IMG/VR virus record: IMGVR_UViG_3300033067_002443
Coordinates: 1-36,076 of that record
Source of the DNA: a virus
Lineage: Duplodnaviria > Caudoviricetes
Length of the DNA stretch: 36,076 nt
Strand: one strand, 5' to 3'
The notes beneath the pieces were generated by a model that was not told the origin of the DNA, made no database searches, and was given only the letters and a program-made list of their open reading frames with translations. The translations under genes were made by a program, and so were the position numbers. Positions within the stretch are counted from its first letter, which is position 1, and each line of letters begins with the position of its first letter. This document shows, piece by piece, positions 7,586-14,941 of the stretch.

Positions 7586-8130
7586 GTTTCGAGGAACGCT
7601 TCTGGTCGAAGGTCGGCATCCGCGGCCCGCACGAGTGCTGGCACTGGACAGCATGCCGGGCTCGCTACGGCTACGGGATGATTCGTCACGACGGTCGCAC
7701 GCAACGCGCCCACCGCGTCGCGCTTCTCCTGACCGACGCTCCGCCGCGAGGCCACGCACTACATCACTGCGACGCCCCTTCGTGCTGCAACCCTCTTCAT
7801 TTGTACTGGGGCACCGACGCGGACAATGTTGCCGACCGAGAACGTCGGGGCCGCTCGGGGTCTGCCAAGGGGGACCGGAACGGGTCCCGCAAATACCCAG
7901 ACCGACGCCCGCGAGGGGTTTCGCACGGAGACGCAATACGCCGAGCGACGCCGCGTGGGGATCGGGTGGCTACCGCAAAGCTGAACGACAACATCGTCGC
8001 CTTGGTGTTGCGTGACGACCGCCCCCACGCACATCTCGCTCGCGAGCTAGGCGTCACCCCGAGAACCATCCGACTCATCCGCCTTGGGCAAACCTGGAAA
8101 CACGTCGCTCGCCCGGGGGTGCAGTCGTGA
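7582..8130 (+). CDS. HNH endonuclease with C-terminal HTH (homing-type)
   Basis: ERFWSKV...CWHWT...RAHRVA...HHCDAPSCCNPLHLYWGTDADN; C-terminal AKLND...LARELGVTPRTIRLIRLGQTWKHV. Confidence 0.9.
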   Translation: MSFEERFWSKVGIRGPHECWHWTACRARYGYGMIRHDGRTQRAHRVALLLTDAPPRGHALHHCDAPSCCNPLHLYWGTDADNVADRERRGRSGSAKGDRNGSRKYPDRRPRGVSHGDAIRRATPRGDRVATAKLNDNIVALVLRDDRPHAHLARELGVTPRTIRLIRLGQTWKHVARPGVQS

Positions 8131-8360
8131 AGGTCGCCTCCTATAGCCTCCCTTCCGGCTTCTTCTCCGTGACGTGGCACATCCAGTGGGTCCGCGTTCG
8201 CGAGACCTCCGCGTCGAATTTCCGTGGCTGCCCTGGCTTCGTGGTCGAGCCACGTGATGCCGGGTCGATGGTCTTGCTTGCGGGGGAAACGAAGGCGCTG
8301 TTCTTCGGCAAGGGCGAGCTGGAGCCCTTTCCGCAGGAGGCGACCAATGCGGCTCCCTGA
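8127..8360 (+). CDS. Hypothetical protein
   Basis: 77-aa ORF with GTGA coupling. Confidence 0.55.
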   Translation: MKVASYSLPSGFFSVTWHIQWVRVRETSASNFRGCPGFVVEPRDAGSMVLLAGETKALFFGKGELEPFPQEATNAAP

Positions 8361-8535
8361 AGGCATGACGCGGGAGGTCTGGGAAGCCGTCGGGCGACTT
8401 ACGAGCGACCGGCGCGATCGCGTGCTCGAGCGGAGCGCCATCATCCACGAGGCAACGGGCCTGCCATGGGTGGAGTGCGACCGGCAAGCGCTCGAGGAAG
8501 AGCGGGCGCAGCTCCGCTTGCGGTGGGGCACATGA
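8347..8535 (+). CDS. Hypothetical protein
   Basis: AGGAGG RBS before ATG 8347; ERSAIIHEATGLPWVECDRQA. Confidence 0.6.
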   Translation: MRLPEGMTREVWEAVGRLTSDRRDRVLERSAIIHEATGLPWVECDRQALEEERAQLRLRWGT

Positions 8536-8795
8536 GCGGGCTGTCACTCGAGCAGCGGCTGGCTCAGCGGGGGCTCCTGGGTGCCGTGGAGAAGGTCGCG
8601 CGGCGTCATCACGTGACGATGGGGGAGCTGCTCGGACGGCGCCGGTTCAAGCACATCGTGGCCGCTCGACATTCAGCGTGGCGAGAACTGCGGGCGAAGG
8701 GGTTGAGCTACCCGGCGATCGGCGAGCTCTGGGGTGTGGATCACACGACGGTGTTGGCGGCTTGTCAGAAGCCTGCGGCGGAAGGGGTGCAGTGA
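8532..8795 (+). CDS. DnaA C-terminal (domain IV) HTH protein
   Basis: ELLGRRRFKHIVAARHSAWRELRAKGLSYPAIGELWGVDHTTVLAACQK matches the Bac_DnaA_C pattern (R..AR..A....LS...IG..F..DHTTV). Confidence 0.8.
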   Translation: MSGLSLEQRLAQRGLLGAVEKVARRHHVTMGELLGRRRFKHIVAARHSAWRELRAKGLSYPAIGELWGVDHTTVLAACQKPAAEGVQ

Positions 8796-9634
8796 TGGTT
8801 TGGGCAAAGATCGACGACGAGATTCTGGACAACCCCAAGATCGTCCGCGCGGGCGTCTTCGGGTTCGCCCTTCACGTGGCTGCCATCACGTGGTGCTGCC
8901 GTAACCTGACAGATGGCTTCATACCTACCGCGCGAGTCACAGCGTTACTCACGCTCGACCGTGTCGAGTACGACGTCGCAAATCCACTCGCTCTCATCGA
9001 CGGCCCCGACTCTGGTGGGGGCAACACGGGCCTCCCCGCCCTCGTCATCGCCGACCACCTGGTCAAGGTGGGGCTCTGGGACGACGTCGAAGGAGGGTTC
9101 CAGCTGCACGACTTTCTCCAATTCAATCCGTCACGTGCGGACGTTGAAGCCAAGCGAGAGCAGAACGCCGCGCGCGCCAAGCGGTCACGCACTCAACACG
9201 CTACCGGCGGCGCCAGTCACGCTGCTAGTCACGGCGTGACTCACGCGTTACGTGCGCCCCTTCCCGTACCCGATCCCCTTAACAAATCTCCTGACGGAGA
9301 TTTGTATGGCGCACAGAGCGCGCCCCCCAAGTCGGGGACTCGGATCCCGACGAGGCGCAAGCAAGGCACCGCGTTGCCTGACGACTGGTCCCCCGGTGAT
9401 TCGCTTCAGGCTTGGGCCAGGAGCAAAGGTTTCGATGCCACCGGGCCCGAGCTGGCCAAGTTTCGCGATCACTGGAAGTCCAGAGGGAAGACCATGGTCG
9501 ACTGGGACGCGGCCTACCGGAACTGGTTGCGCAACGCCAGCGATTGGGCCAGGCCCAAGTCGGTCCGCCCGGCAGACATCACGCGGCAGCCTGTCACCGA
9601 TGACCTGCTGGCTCGCTGGACGGGGGAGTCGTGA
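8795..9634 (+). CDS. Phage replication initiator (O-like, C-terminal DnaT-like domain)
   Basis: MVWAKIDD...PK N-terminus, HDFLQFN, C-terminal LPDDWSP...KFRDHW...DWDAAYRNWLRN; followed by a DnaC-like loader; contains iterons. Confidence 0.8.
   Translation: MVWAKIDDEILDNPKIVRAGVFGFALHVAAITWCCRNLTDGFIPTARVTALLTLDRVEYDVANPLALIDGPDSGGGNTGLPALVIADHLVKVGLWDDVEGGFQLHDFLQFNPSRADVEAKREQNAARAKRSRTQHATGGASHAASHGVTHALRAPLPVPDPLNKSPDGDLYGAQSAPPKSGTRIPTRRKQGTALPDDWSPGDSLQAWARSKGFDATGPELAKFRDHWKSRGKTMVDWDAAYRNWLRNASDWARPKSVRPADITRQPVTDDLLARWTGES
9184..9305. repeat. Putative replication origin within the initiator gene: iterons plus an AT-rich inverted repeat
   Basis: (A)GTCACGC-like units at 9184, 9215, 9227 and 9239 (the last three with 12-bp spacing); perfect IR ACAAATCTCC-TGAC-GGAGATTTGT at 9282-9305. 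Confidence 0.6.
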
Positions 9635-10323
9635 TGCTCAAGCTCTCCGACCTCGCTCCGGACATCGCCGCCCTCGTCGAGCGCCAGCAGCAGGAAGCCC
9701 GCGAGCACGAGACCTCGTGCAAGGACCCCAGCTGCGCTCGCTGCCACCCCGAGCAGCCCTCGTCGCCCGTCGCGTTCACCCGAAGCCTGGAGCAGCTGTC
9801 ACGGGAGCGGCTCCTAGCTCACCTGCCGGCAGCGTTCGCCGACGCGAGTTTGACCGCGCCGTGGCTCGTGGCGCTGGTCGGGCCCGATGCCATCCACCAG
9901 GCACGTCGGGCGGTGAACGCGAAGCGCGTGGCGCTCGTCGGCCCTCCGGGGTCGGGCAAGACGTCGCTGGCGATCGCCATGTTCCGCGCAGCCGTTGAAG
10001 GCACGCGGCACTTCGCGGGCTACCGGTACATCTCGAGCCACGCGCTCGCCAAGGCGCGGGCCACGAGCTCGCTCGGCGACGAGGCTCCGCTGGTCGAGCG
10101 TGCGCTGAGCGCGCCGTTGCTCTTGCTCGACGAGCTCGGCGGGGAGGACTCCCGGTATGCCTCGGCGGTCGCGGAGGTGATCTACGAGCGCCATGCCGAG
10201 GCGCTTCCGACGTGGATCACTACCGGCGTTTCGGCCAAGGCGCTTGCCGACCGGTACGGCGGGGGCATCGCTCGACGACTCTTCGAGCATGCGGAGATCT
10301 TCAAGCTCGGGGGCAAGCCGTGA
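9631..10323 (+). CDS. DnaC/IstB-like helicase-loader ATPase
   Basis: Walker A GPPGSGKT, Walker B LLLLDELG, YERH...PTWITT, GIARRL; downstream of the initiator. Confidence 0.88.
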   Translation: MMLKLSDLAPDIAALVERQQQEAREHETSCKDPSCARCHPEQPSSPVAFTRSLEQLSRERLLAHLPAAFADASLTAPWLVALVGPDAIHQARRAVNAKRVALVGPPGSGKTSLAIAMFRAAVEGTRHFAGYRYISSHALAKARATSSLGDEAPLVERALSAPLLLLDELGGEDSRYASAVAEVIYERHAEALPTWITTGVSAKALADRYGGGIARRLFEHAEIFKLGGKP

Positions 10324-11012
10324 TCTCCCTCACCCTGCCCATCCGGACCGTGAGCGAATCCAACGCCCGGGGACACTGGGCCACGAGAGCCCGCCGTGCC
10401 AAGGCCCAACGCCGGGCCGCAGGGCTGGCCGTAAGGGCCGTTTGCCCTCCGGAATGGGTGCGGAGACGCCCGCGACCCAAAACCGCGTCTGAGTGCAACC
10501 TCGCGCCAGCAATCGGCGAGGCAGAATGCCACAATGTGACTGTCACGTTGGTGAGGGTGGCTCCGCGACTGCTCGACGACGACAACCTTCGCGGGGCGCT
10601 GAAGGCCGTGCGTGATGGGGTCGCCGACGCGCTCGGGACCGATGACCGGGACCCGCGGATTCAATGGGCGTACCAGCAACGCAAGCAACCCAAGACATAC
10701 GCGGTAGAGATCCACATGAAACCCACAAGCCTTCCCGAGGTCATTCGTGACAACAGCGACTTGCAAACGCAGAATCATGGGTCATTATCCAGGCACGACA
10801 ATTGCCAAGGAGGGCGCCACCATGCAGCCCATGACACCGCCGAAGGGATACCGAGTGACGCGACGCCCGACCTGCTACCCGATGCAGGACGAGCCGCAGC
10901 TGGTACGGGACGCCAAGGGGCGCGTGCTCGCCGCGATCGAAGCGTGGACGCCGGAGCCTCCGCCCGAGTCTCGGCTGAGCTGAGCAGCCCGATGCTCGCG
11001 GGGGAGGAGTGA
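10320..11012 (+). CDS. RusA-like Holliday junction resolvase (core ends near 10720, with a doubtful C-terminal extension)
   Basis: SESN...HW, VTLVRVAPRLLDDDNLRGALKAVRDGVADALGTDD (D-x-D-N...K...D catalytic pattern). Confidence 0.72.
   Translation: MISLTLPIRTVSESNARGHWATRARRAKAQRRAAGLAVRAVCPPEWVRRRPRPKTASECNLAPAIGEAECHNVTVTLVRVAPRLLDDDNLRGALKAVRDGVADALGTDDRDPRIQWAYQQRKQPKTYAVEIHMKPTSLPEVIRDNSDLQTQNHGSLSRHDNCQGGRHHAAHDTAEGIPSDATPDLLPDAGRAAAGTGRQGARARRDRSVDAGASARVSAELSSPMLAGEE
10791..10806 (+). promoter_or_regulatory. sigma54-type (-24/-12) promoter candidate
   Basis: AGGCACGACAATTGCC versus consensus TGGCACG-N4-TTGC; exact GG-N10-GC spacing; locally AT-enriched. A sigma70-like TTGCAA-N16-CATTAT lies just upstream at 10761-10788. 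Confidence 0.5.
10822..10983 (+). CDS. Hypothetical protein (53 aa) overlapping the RusA ORF tail in another frame
   Basis: AGGAGGG RBS 7 nt before the ATG; MQPMTPPKGYRVTRRPTCYPMQDEPQLVRD... Confidence 0.45.
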   Translation: MQPMTPPKGYRVTRRPTCYPMQDEPQLVRDAKGRVLAAIEAWTPEPPPESRLS

Positions 11013-11224
11013 TGGGCATCCACTGGGCGTGCGCCAAGTGCTTTGAACGTCGGCTCCTCGTTCGGCGAGCCAGCCAACCCGTCGGAAGCAGCAAACGGGC
11101 GTGTTGCTACTGCAACCGCATGCTCGAGCCGTCCGTTGCCGTCGAAGCTGACGGGGACTCGTGGAACGATGCCAACTGCCCGGGCGTCCTTGGCGTGGAC
11201 GAGTGGGCAAGGAGGTACTCGTGA
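11009..11224 (+). CDS. Small Cys-rich (Zn-binding-like) protein
   Basis: GGAGGA RBS; CAKC...CCYC...C. Confidence 0.6.
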   Translation: MMGIHWACAKCFERRLLVRRASQPVGSSKRACCYCNRMLEPSVAVEADGDSWNDANCPGVLGVDEWARRYS

Positions 11225-11226
11225 CG

Positions 11227-11481
11227 ATGAATCGCCACGAACGACGGAAGCAGGCGTCGGTGTCTCGCCATGCGGAAGCGCAGCTCGCGCAACTCGAGCG
11301 GGTCTACCGAGCGTGGACAACTCAGCGCAACGCGGACCTCGAGCAGCACATCCGGGCTGCTATGGACAGGCGTCGTTTCGAGCAGGCCCAGGCCGAAGAG
11401 GCAGAGAGATGGGTCCGGGAGAACCCGGAGGAGGCGGCAGCCTACCGTGCCAAGTACGGGCGCGAGGAGCCGTCGAAGTGA
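11227..11481 (+). CDS. Hypothetical protein
   Basis: AGGAGG RBS; MNRHERRK... helical and charged; coupled to the next gene. Confidence 0.6.
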   Translation: MNRHERRKQASVSRHAEAQLAQLERVYRAWTTQRNADLEQHIRAAMDRRRFEQAQAEEAERWVRENPEEAAAYRAKYGREEPSK

Positions 11482-11957
11482 AACCCCTCTCACGCGAGCG
11501 CGCCCACCAGGTCGACCGCATCGTGGCGGGCATCGTCGAGCGGATGGTCTCCGGCGAATGGGTCGCGGGGAAGAGCCACCGCGAGCTCGCCGAAGCCGAG
11601 AAGGTCAGCGTCGACCGGGTGAAGGACTGGGCGACGGAGGCCGGCAGGTGCCTGCGCATCCTGGCGATGACCGACAAGGAGGACCTCAGGGCTCGCAACC
11701 AAGCCAGGCTGGACATGGTGTTCTCGTCGGCGCTCACCGACGGGGCACACGCGGCCGCCGTGGGCGCGCTGGCAGAGCAGGCGAGGCTCCTCGGCCTGAA
11801 CGCCCCTGAGAAGCACGAGCACGCCGTCGTGGTGGCGCAGTACGAGCAGCTTGCGCCTCCTCAGCAGGCGGCGTGGCTGAGGGAGCGCGCGGCGCGGCTG
11901 CTGGCAGAGGCAGAGCGGCTGGAGACGCTGGCGCTCGAGGGGAGTACGGTGACCTGA
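11478..11957 (+). CDS. Putative terminase small subunit (HTH)
   Basis: N-terminal HTH (HRELAEAEKVSVDRVKDW), helical middle, C-terminal ARLLGLNAPEKHEH typical of TerS-like proteins; adjacent to TerL. Confidence 0.6.
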   Translation: MKPLSRERAHQVDRIVAGIVERMVSGEWVAGKSHRELAEAEKVSVDRVKDWATEAGRCLRILAMTDKEDLRARNQARLDMVFSSALTDGAHAAAVGALAEQARLLGLNAPEKHEHAVVVAQYEQLAPPQQAAWLRERAARLLAEAERLETLALEGSTVT

Positions 11958-12278
11958 ATGAGCTGGTTTGACGGTCTGCTGAATCACAAGAACCTGCCCC
12001 CGGCCATCCCAACGGATGCCCAAGGTGGCATCGGCGTGGATGACGACGGCAACGTCGTCGTCCGAGTGCCAGCTATTCCCATTCTGAACCGGTTCGCCCC
12101 AGGCTCTTCTGGGTTCTGGCGGTGGATTGACGTCCCGCTCGTGGCCGACGGCGTCACGGTCCGCGTTGGTCACGCACGCATGGTGGCGTTGCTCGAGGAG
12201 CTGGCGCGCGACGGCTGGCCTATTGCCACCACTCCCCCTCCGCCCGACGACGAGCCTCTTCCTCCTCGCCCTCAATGA
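11958..12278 (+). CDS. Hypothetical protein overlapping the TerL 3' end tail-to-tail
   Basis: ATG directly after the TerS stop; 106 aa; 59-nt antisense overlap with TerL. Confidence 0.45.
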   Translation: MSWFDGLLNHKNLPPAIPTDAQGGIGVDDDGNVVVRVPAIPILNRFAPGSSGFWRWIDVPLVADGVTVRVGHARMVALLEELARDGWPIATTPPPPDDEPLPPRPQ

Positions 12279-13602
12279 GCGCAGCCTCCATCCGCGCCAG
12301 CTGCTCGGCGTGGCTCGGCGGCTCCTCGGCAGGCGCCTCGTGGTACGCGCTCGCCGCGCGCCATGCGTATAGGCAGCTGTCGGCGCAGTGGTTGTCGAAG
12401 CCCTCGGCCTCCTTGGCGTGGTCCTCGGTCCACGGCAGCTCGAGCCACTCGGCGACGAGGTCGGTGCACCCGGGGTCGACCTTGATGCGACCGCGCTCGA
12501 GCTCGCCGTTGAACAGCGAGATGTACCCGCGCTTGTTCTGCTTGTCGGCGGGGTCGATGGGCAGCGTGAAGCGCTTGCGCGCCTCCTCGGCGTAGCCCTT
12601 CCCCAGCCCGCCCACGTCGGCAACGATGCGCACGGGCTCGTACGCCAGGCTGAGCCGCTTCGCTTCCTCGGCGGCGTCGCTCGGGGTGAGCCCCCGGCGC
12701 TTGCAGCTCTCGACCACGTAGACCGTCGGGTCACCCTCGCGCCAGCCCAGCACCGTGAACGCCGTGGCGTCGGTGAAGCCGTAGTCGATGCCGAGCAGGT
12801 ACGTCGTCAGCTCGGGTGCCTTGGCGAGGTTGCGCACCTCGCTGAAGCTGTAGACGAGCCCGCCCGAGTCGCGCTCCCAGATGCCGTGCTCGAGCTGCCG
12901 CCGCGTCGTGGCGTCGAGGAGGGCTAGCGCCCGCCGGTACTCGTCTTGGTCGAGGTGGGGGTTGTCGACCAGGCTAGCTGCCACGAATCGGCGGTCCACA
13001 TCGGTACTCTCGAGAAAACGACGCTTGACCCACTCGTGCCCAAGGCCTCCCGGGTTGCTAGCAGCTCGCGCGCGCAGAGGAGTCCGTACCCCCTCAGTCC
13101 GGCGCAGACGGGACAGGAGATAGCGATACGGCTGCTCGGGGAACTGGGTGAGCTCGTCCCATCCGAGGAACTGCAGCTCGGCACCTTGGTAGCGGTAGAC
13201 ATCTTTGGCGGTCTCGCAGTAGCCGAACTGGAGCGACGCCCCGCTCGGGAAGGTCCAGCGTTTGTCGCGGTCGTTCCAGCGTGCCCCGGTGCCCTGAAGC
13301 CAGTCGTGCGCGCGGTCCATGATGGCGCCCGGAAGCGAGAGGTCCGCGTACGTCCGCCGGAGGATGAGCGCCGCGTAGCCCGGCACGTGGACGTACTGCA
13401 GCGCCGCCATCAGGAGCGCCGACGACTTGCCGCCGCCGGCAGCACCCCCGTAGAGGGCTTCCAGGCAGTCGAGGGCCAGGAATTCTGCCTGCTTCGGGGT
13501 CGGCTCTTGCGGGATGAAGGACTTGGGCGTGCGCTTGGCGGCGTCACGGAGAATGCGCGCGTCGACCTCGGCGACGAGGGCCAGCTCCGCGGCGGAGAGC
13601 AC
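12220..13602 (-). CDS. terL: Terminase large subunit
   Basis: Q motif PTPKQAEF, Walker A GGAAGGGKS, Walker B LGWDELTQF, coupling motif ASNPGG, RNase-H-like nuclease GIDYG...DNHCADSCLY. Confidence 0.96.
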   Translation of the reverse strand: MLSAAELALVAEVDARILRDAAKRTPKSFIPQEPTPKQAEFLALDCLEALYGGAAGGGKSSALLMAALQYVHVPGYAALILRRTYADLSLPGAIMDRAHDWLQGTGARWNDRDKRWTFPSGASLQFGYCETAKDVYRYQGAELQFLGWDELTQFPEQPYRYLLSRLRRTEGVRTPLRARAASNPGGLGHEWVKRRFLESTDVDRRFVAASLVDNPHLDQDEYRRALALLDATTRRQLEHGIWERDSGGLVYSFSEVRNLAKAPELTTYLLGIDYGFTDATAFTVLGWREGDPTVYVVESCKRRGLTPSDAAEEAKRLSLAYEPVRIVADVGGLGKGYAEEARKRFTLPIDPADKQNKRGYISLFNGELERGRIKVDPGCTDLVAEWLELPWTEDHAKEAEGFDNHCADSCLYAWRAASAYHEAPAEEPPSHAEQLARMEAALIEGEEEEARRRAEGEWWQ

Positions 13603-13603
13603 G

Positions 13604-13792
13604 CTACTCCGAGTCGGCGAGCCGGGTGAGGCGGTCAGCGAAGTACGCCTCGAGCCGCCGCTGGAAGTCCTCGGCGATGCGGCGTGCCTTGTCGCCTGCT
13701 CGGGCGATGGCGCGGCTCCGTCGGTGACTCGCCTGCAGCTTGGCCAGCTTGCGGGTCGCGCGGCGTACGCCCTTGTCAGCGGGCCGGTTCAC
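13604..13792 (-). CDS. Small basic hypothetical protein
   Basis: 62 aa, R/K-rich, coupled between the upstream gene and TerL. Confidence 0.55.
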   Translation of the reverse strand: MNRPADKGVRRATRKLAKLQASHRRSRAIARAGDKARRIAEDFQRRLEAYFADRLTRLADSE

Positions 13793-13989
13793 TTCTTCTT
13801 CTCCTCGACGAGCACCGTCCCCTCGATGACGTTGCTCAGCGGAATGAGCTTCGACGGCCCGCCGTCCACCGGCTTGGCGAGCACGATGCCGCCCTCCAGC
13901 GTCAGCTCCGCCATCGCGGTCGTCACGTGGTTGGTCACCTGCTGCCGAAACGTCACCGCGTCCCGGGTCTTCAGCTGCGAGAGCTTCAT
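13789..13989 (-). CDS. Hypothetical protein (66 aa, Sm/Hfq-like beta pattern possible)
   Basis: AGGAGG RBS; MKLSQLKTRDAVTF...KLIPLSNVIEG. Confidence 0.6.
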   Translation of the reverse strand: MKLSQLKTRDAVTFRQQVTNHVTTAMAELTLEGGIVLAKPVDGGPSKLIPLSNVIEGTVLVEEKKK

Positions 13990-14399
13990 GTCGCGTACCT
14001 CCTGTAGGGCCTGTATTGCCAGTGCTCCGGCAGGCGCAGGCGCGACGCCGCCATCGGGGTCATGTGCGTGTAGTGCTCGACGCCGGGCAGGGCCTGTAAG
14101 AGCGCTGCGCCGTGCCGTGTGCGTCGGAACGAGGACTTGATGAGCATGTAGTGCAGCGCGGGACCCTCGAGCGCCGCCCAGCCAACGATGGCGTCCGGCT
14201 CTTCCTCGAGCGCCGCGACGAGGACCGTCGAGCGGGCGATGAGCTGCACCACCACGGGGTGGTAGTCCACGAAGTAGTCGGCAACGCGGGTGCCGTAGAG
14301 CCGCCAGACCTCGTCGCTCGTCGCGAAGGACCGGAGCCACGACGACAGGACGAAGTTCCGGTCGTGGTCGACCATGTGCCTGAAGACGAGGTCGATCAC
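13986..14399 (-). CDS. GNAT-like acetyltransferase
   Basis: NFVLSSWLRS...AIVGWAALEGPALHYMLIKSSFRRTRHGAALL contains the GNAT motif A pattern (V...R..G.G..L). Confidence 0.6.
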   Translation of the reverse strand: MIDLVFRHMVDHDRNFVLSSWLRSFATSDEVWRLYGTRVADYFVDYHPVVVQLIARSTVLVAALEEEPDAIVGWAALEGPALHYMLIKSSFRRTRHGAALLQALPGVEHYTHMTPMAASRLRLPEHWQYRPYRRYAT

Positions 14400-14632
14400 T
14401 GCGCTGCCGCCGCGTCGTAGTGCTCGAGCATTGCTCGCATCCGCCGGTACAGCGCGGCGCAAGCCTCCTGCTTCGAGGGCTTCCGGACCGCCTGTGGGTC
14501 GGCCTCGTAAAGCCTCAGCGTCAGGTGACTCACGCCCGCCAGCTTGGCGGCGCGCACGAGGGAGATTCCCAGTTGGACCCGTACAGCCTGGTCTCGCACT
14601 GGCGAACATCTTACGCCGGCTAAGTGCGGCAC
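14396..14632 (-). CDS. XRE-like HTH protein heading the terminase cassette (start may be GTG 14599)
   Basis: RVQLGISLVRAAKLAGVSHLTLRLYE HTH. Confidence 0.65.
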   Translation of the reverse strand: MPHLAGVRCSPVRDQAVRVQLGISLVRAAKLAGVSHLTLRLYEADPQAVRKPSKQEACAALYRRMRAMLEHYDAAAAQ

Positions 14633-14702
14633 GATATACGAAAGCTGTATAGCGCAATACGTATCTCACGCCCACGCTAGAGCCGGTATCTCGATAGCGT
14701 GG
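14633..14702. promoter_or_regulatory. Divergent control region between the TerL cassette and the structural operon
   Basis: AT-rich; IR TATAC-N7-GTATA (14635-14651); direct repeat GTATCTC (14661, 14686); stem CCACGCTA/TAGCGTGG (14672-14702) covering the GTG start at 14699. Confidence 0.55.
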
Positions 14703-14941
14703 CGGGTGACATCGAGACGCTGACAGCGCTCTACGATTGGGCGACCGCACGCGGTCTGCCCATCCGGACGCTGCGAGCGGGTGACCTGGAGGTCCATCTC
14801 GATCCGCTGCCGCCTCGCCCGGCACTGCACGCTGACCCTCCCGCAGACCCGCAGGCCGACGCGAGGCACTCTCTGGAAACGCTGCTCCACTCGAGCGGCG
14901 CTGACCCGGTCGCGCTCCTTCGCTTCGGAGGCCCGCGCTAG
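14699..14941 (+). CDS. Hypothetical protein preceding the portal
   Basis: 80 aa; its stop overlaps the portal start. Confidence 0.65.
   Translation: MAGDIETLTALYDWATARGLPIRTLRAGDLEVHLDPLPPRPALHADPPADPQADARHSLETLLHSSGADPVALLRFGGPR

Noticed and set aside
11940-14700. Recombinase-driven invertible segment around terL
   Set aside because: By eye I found no inverted repeats at either candidate border and no invertase gene; kept only as an alternative to be tested with reads.
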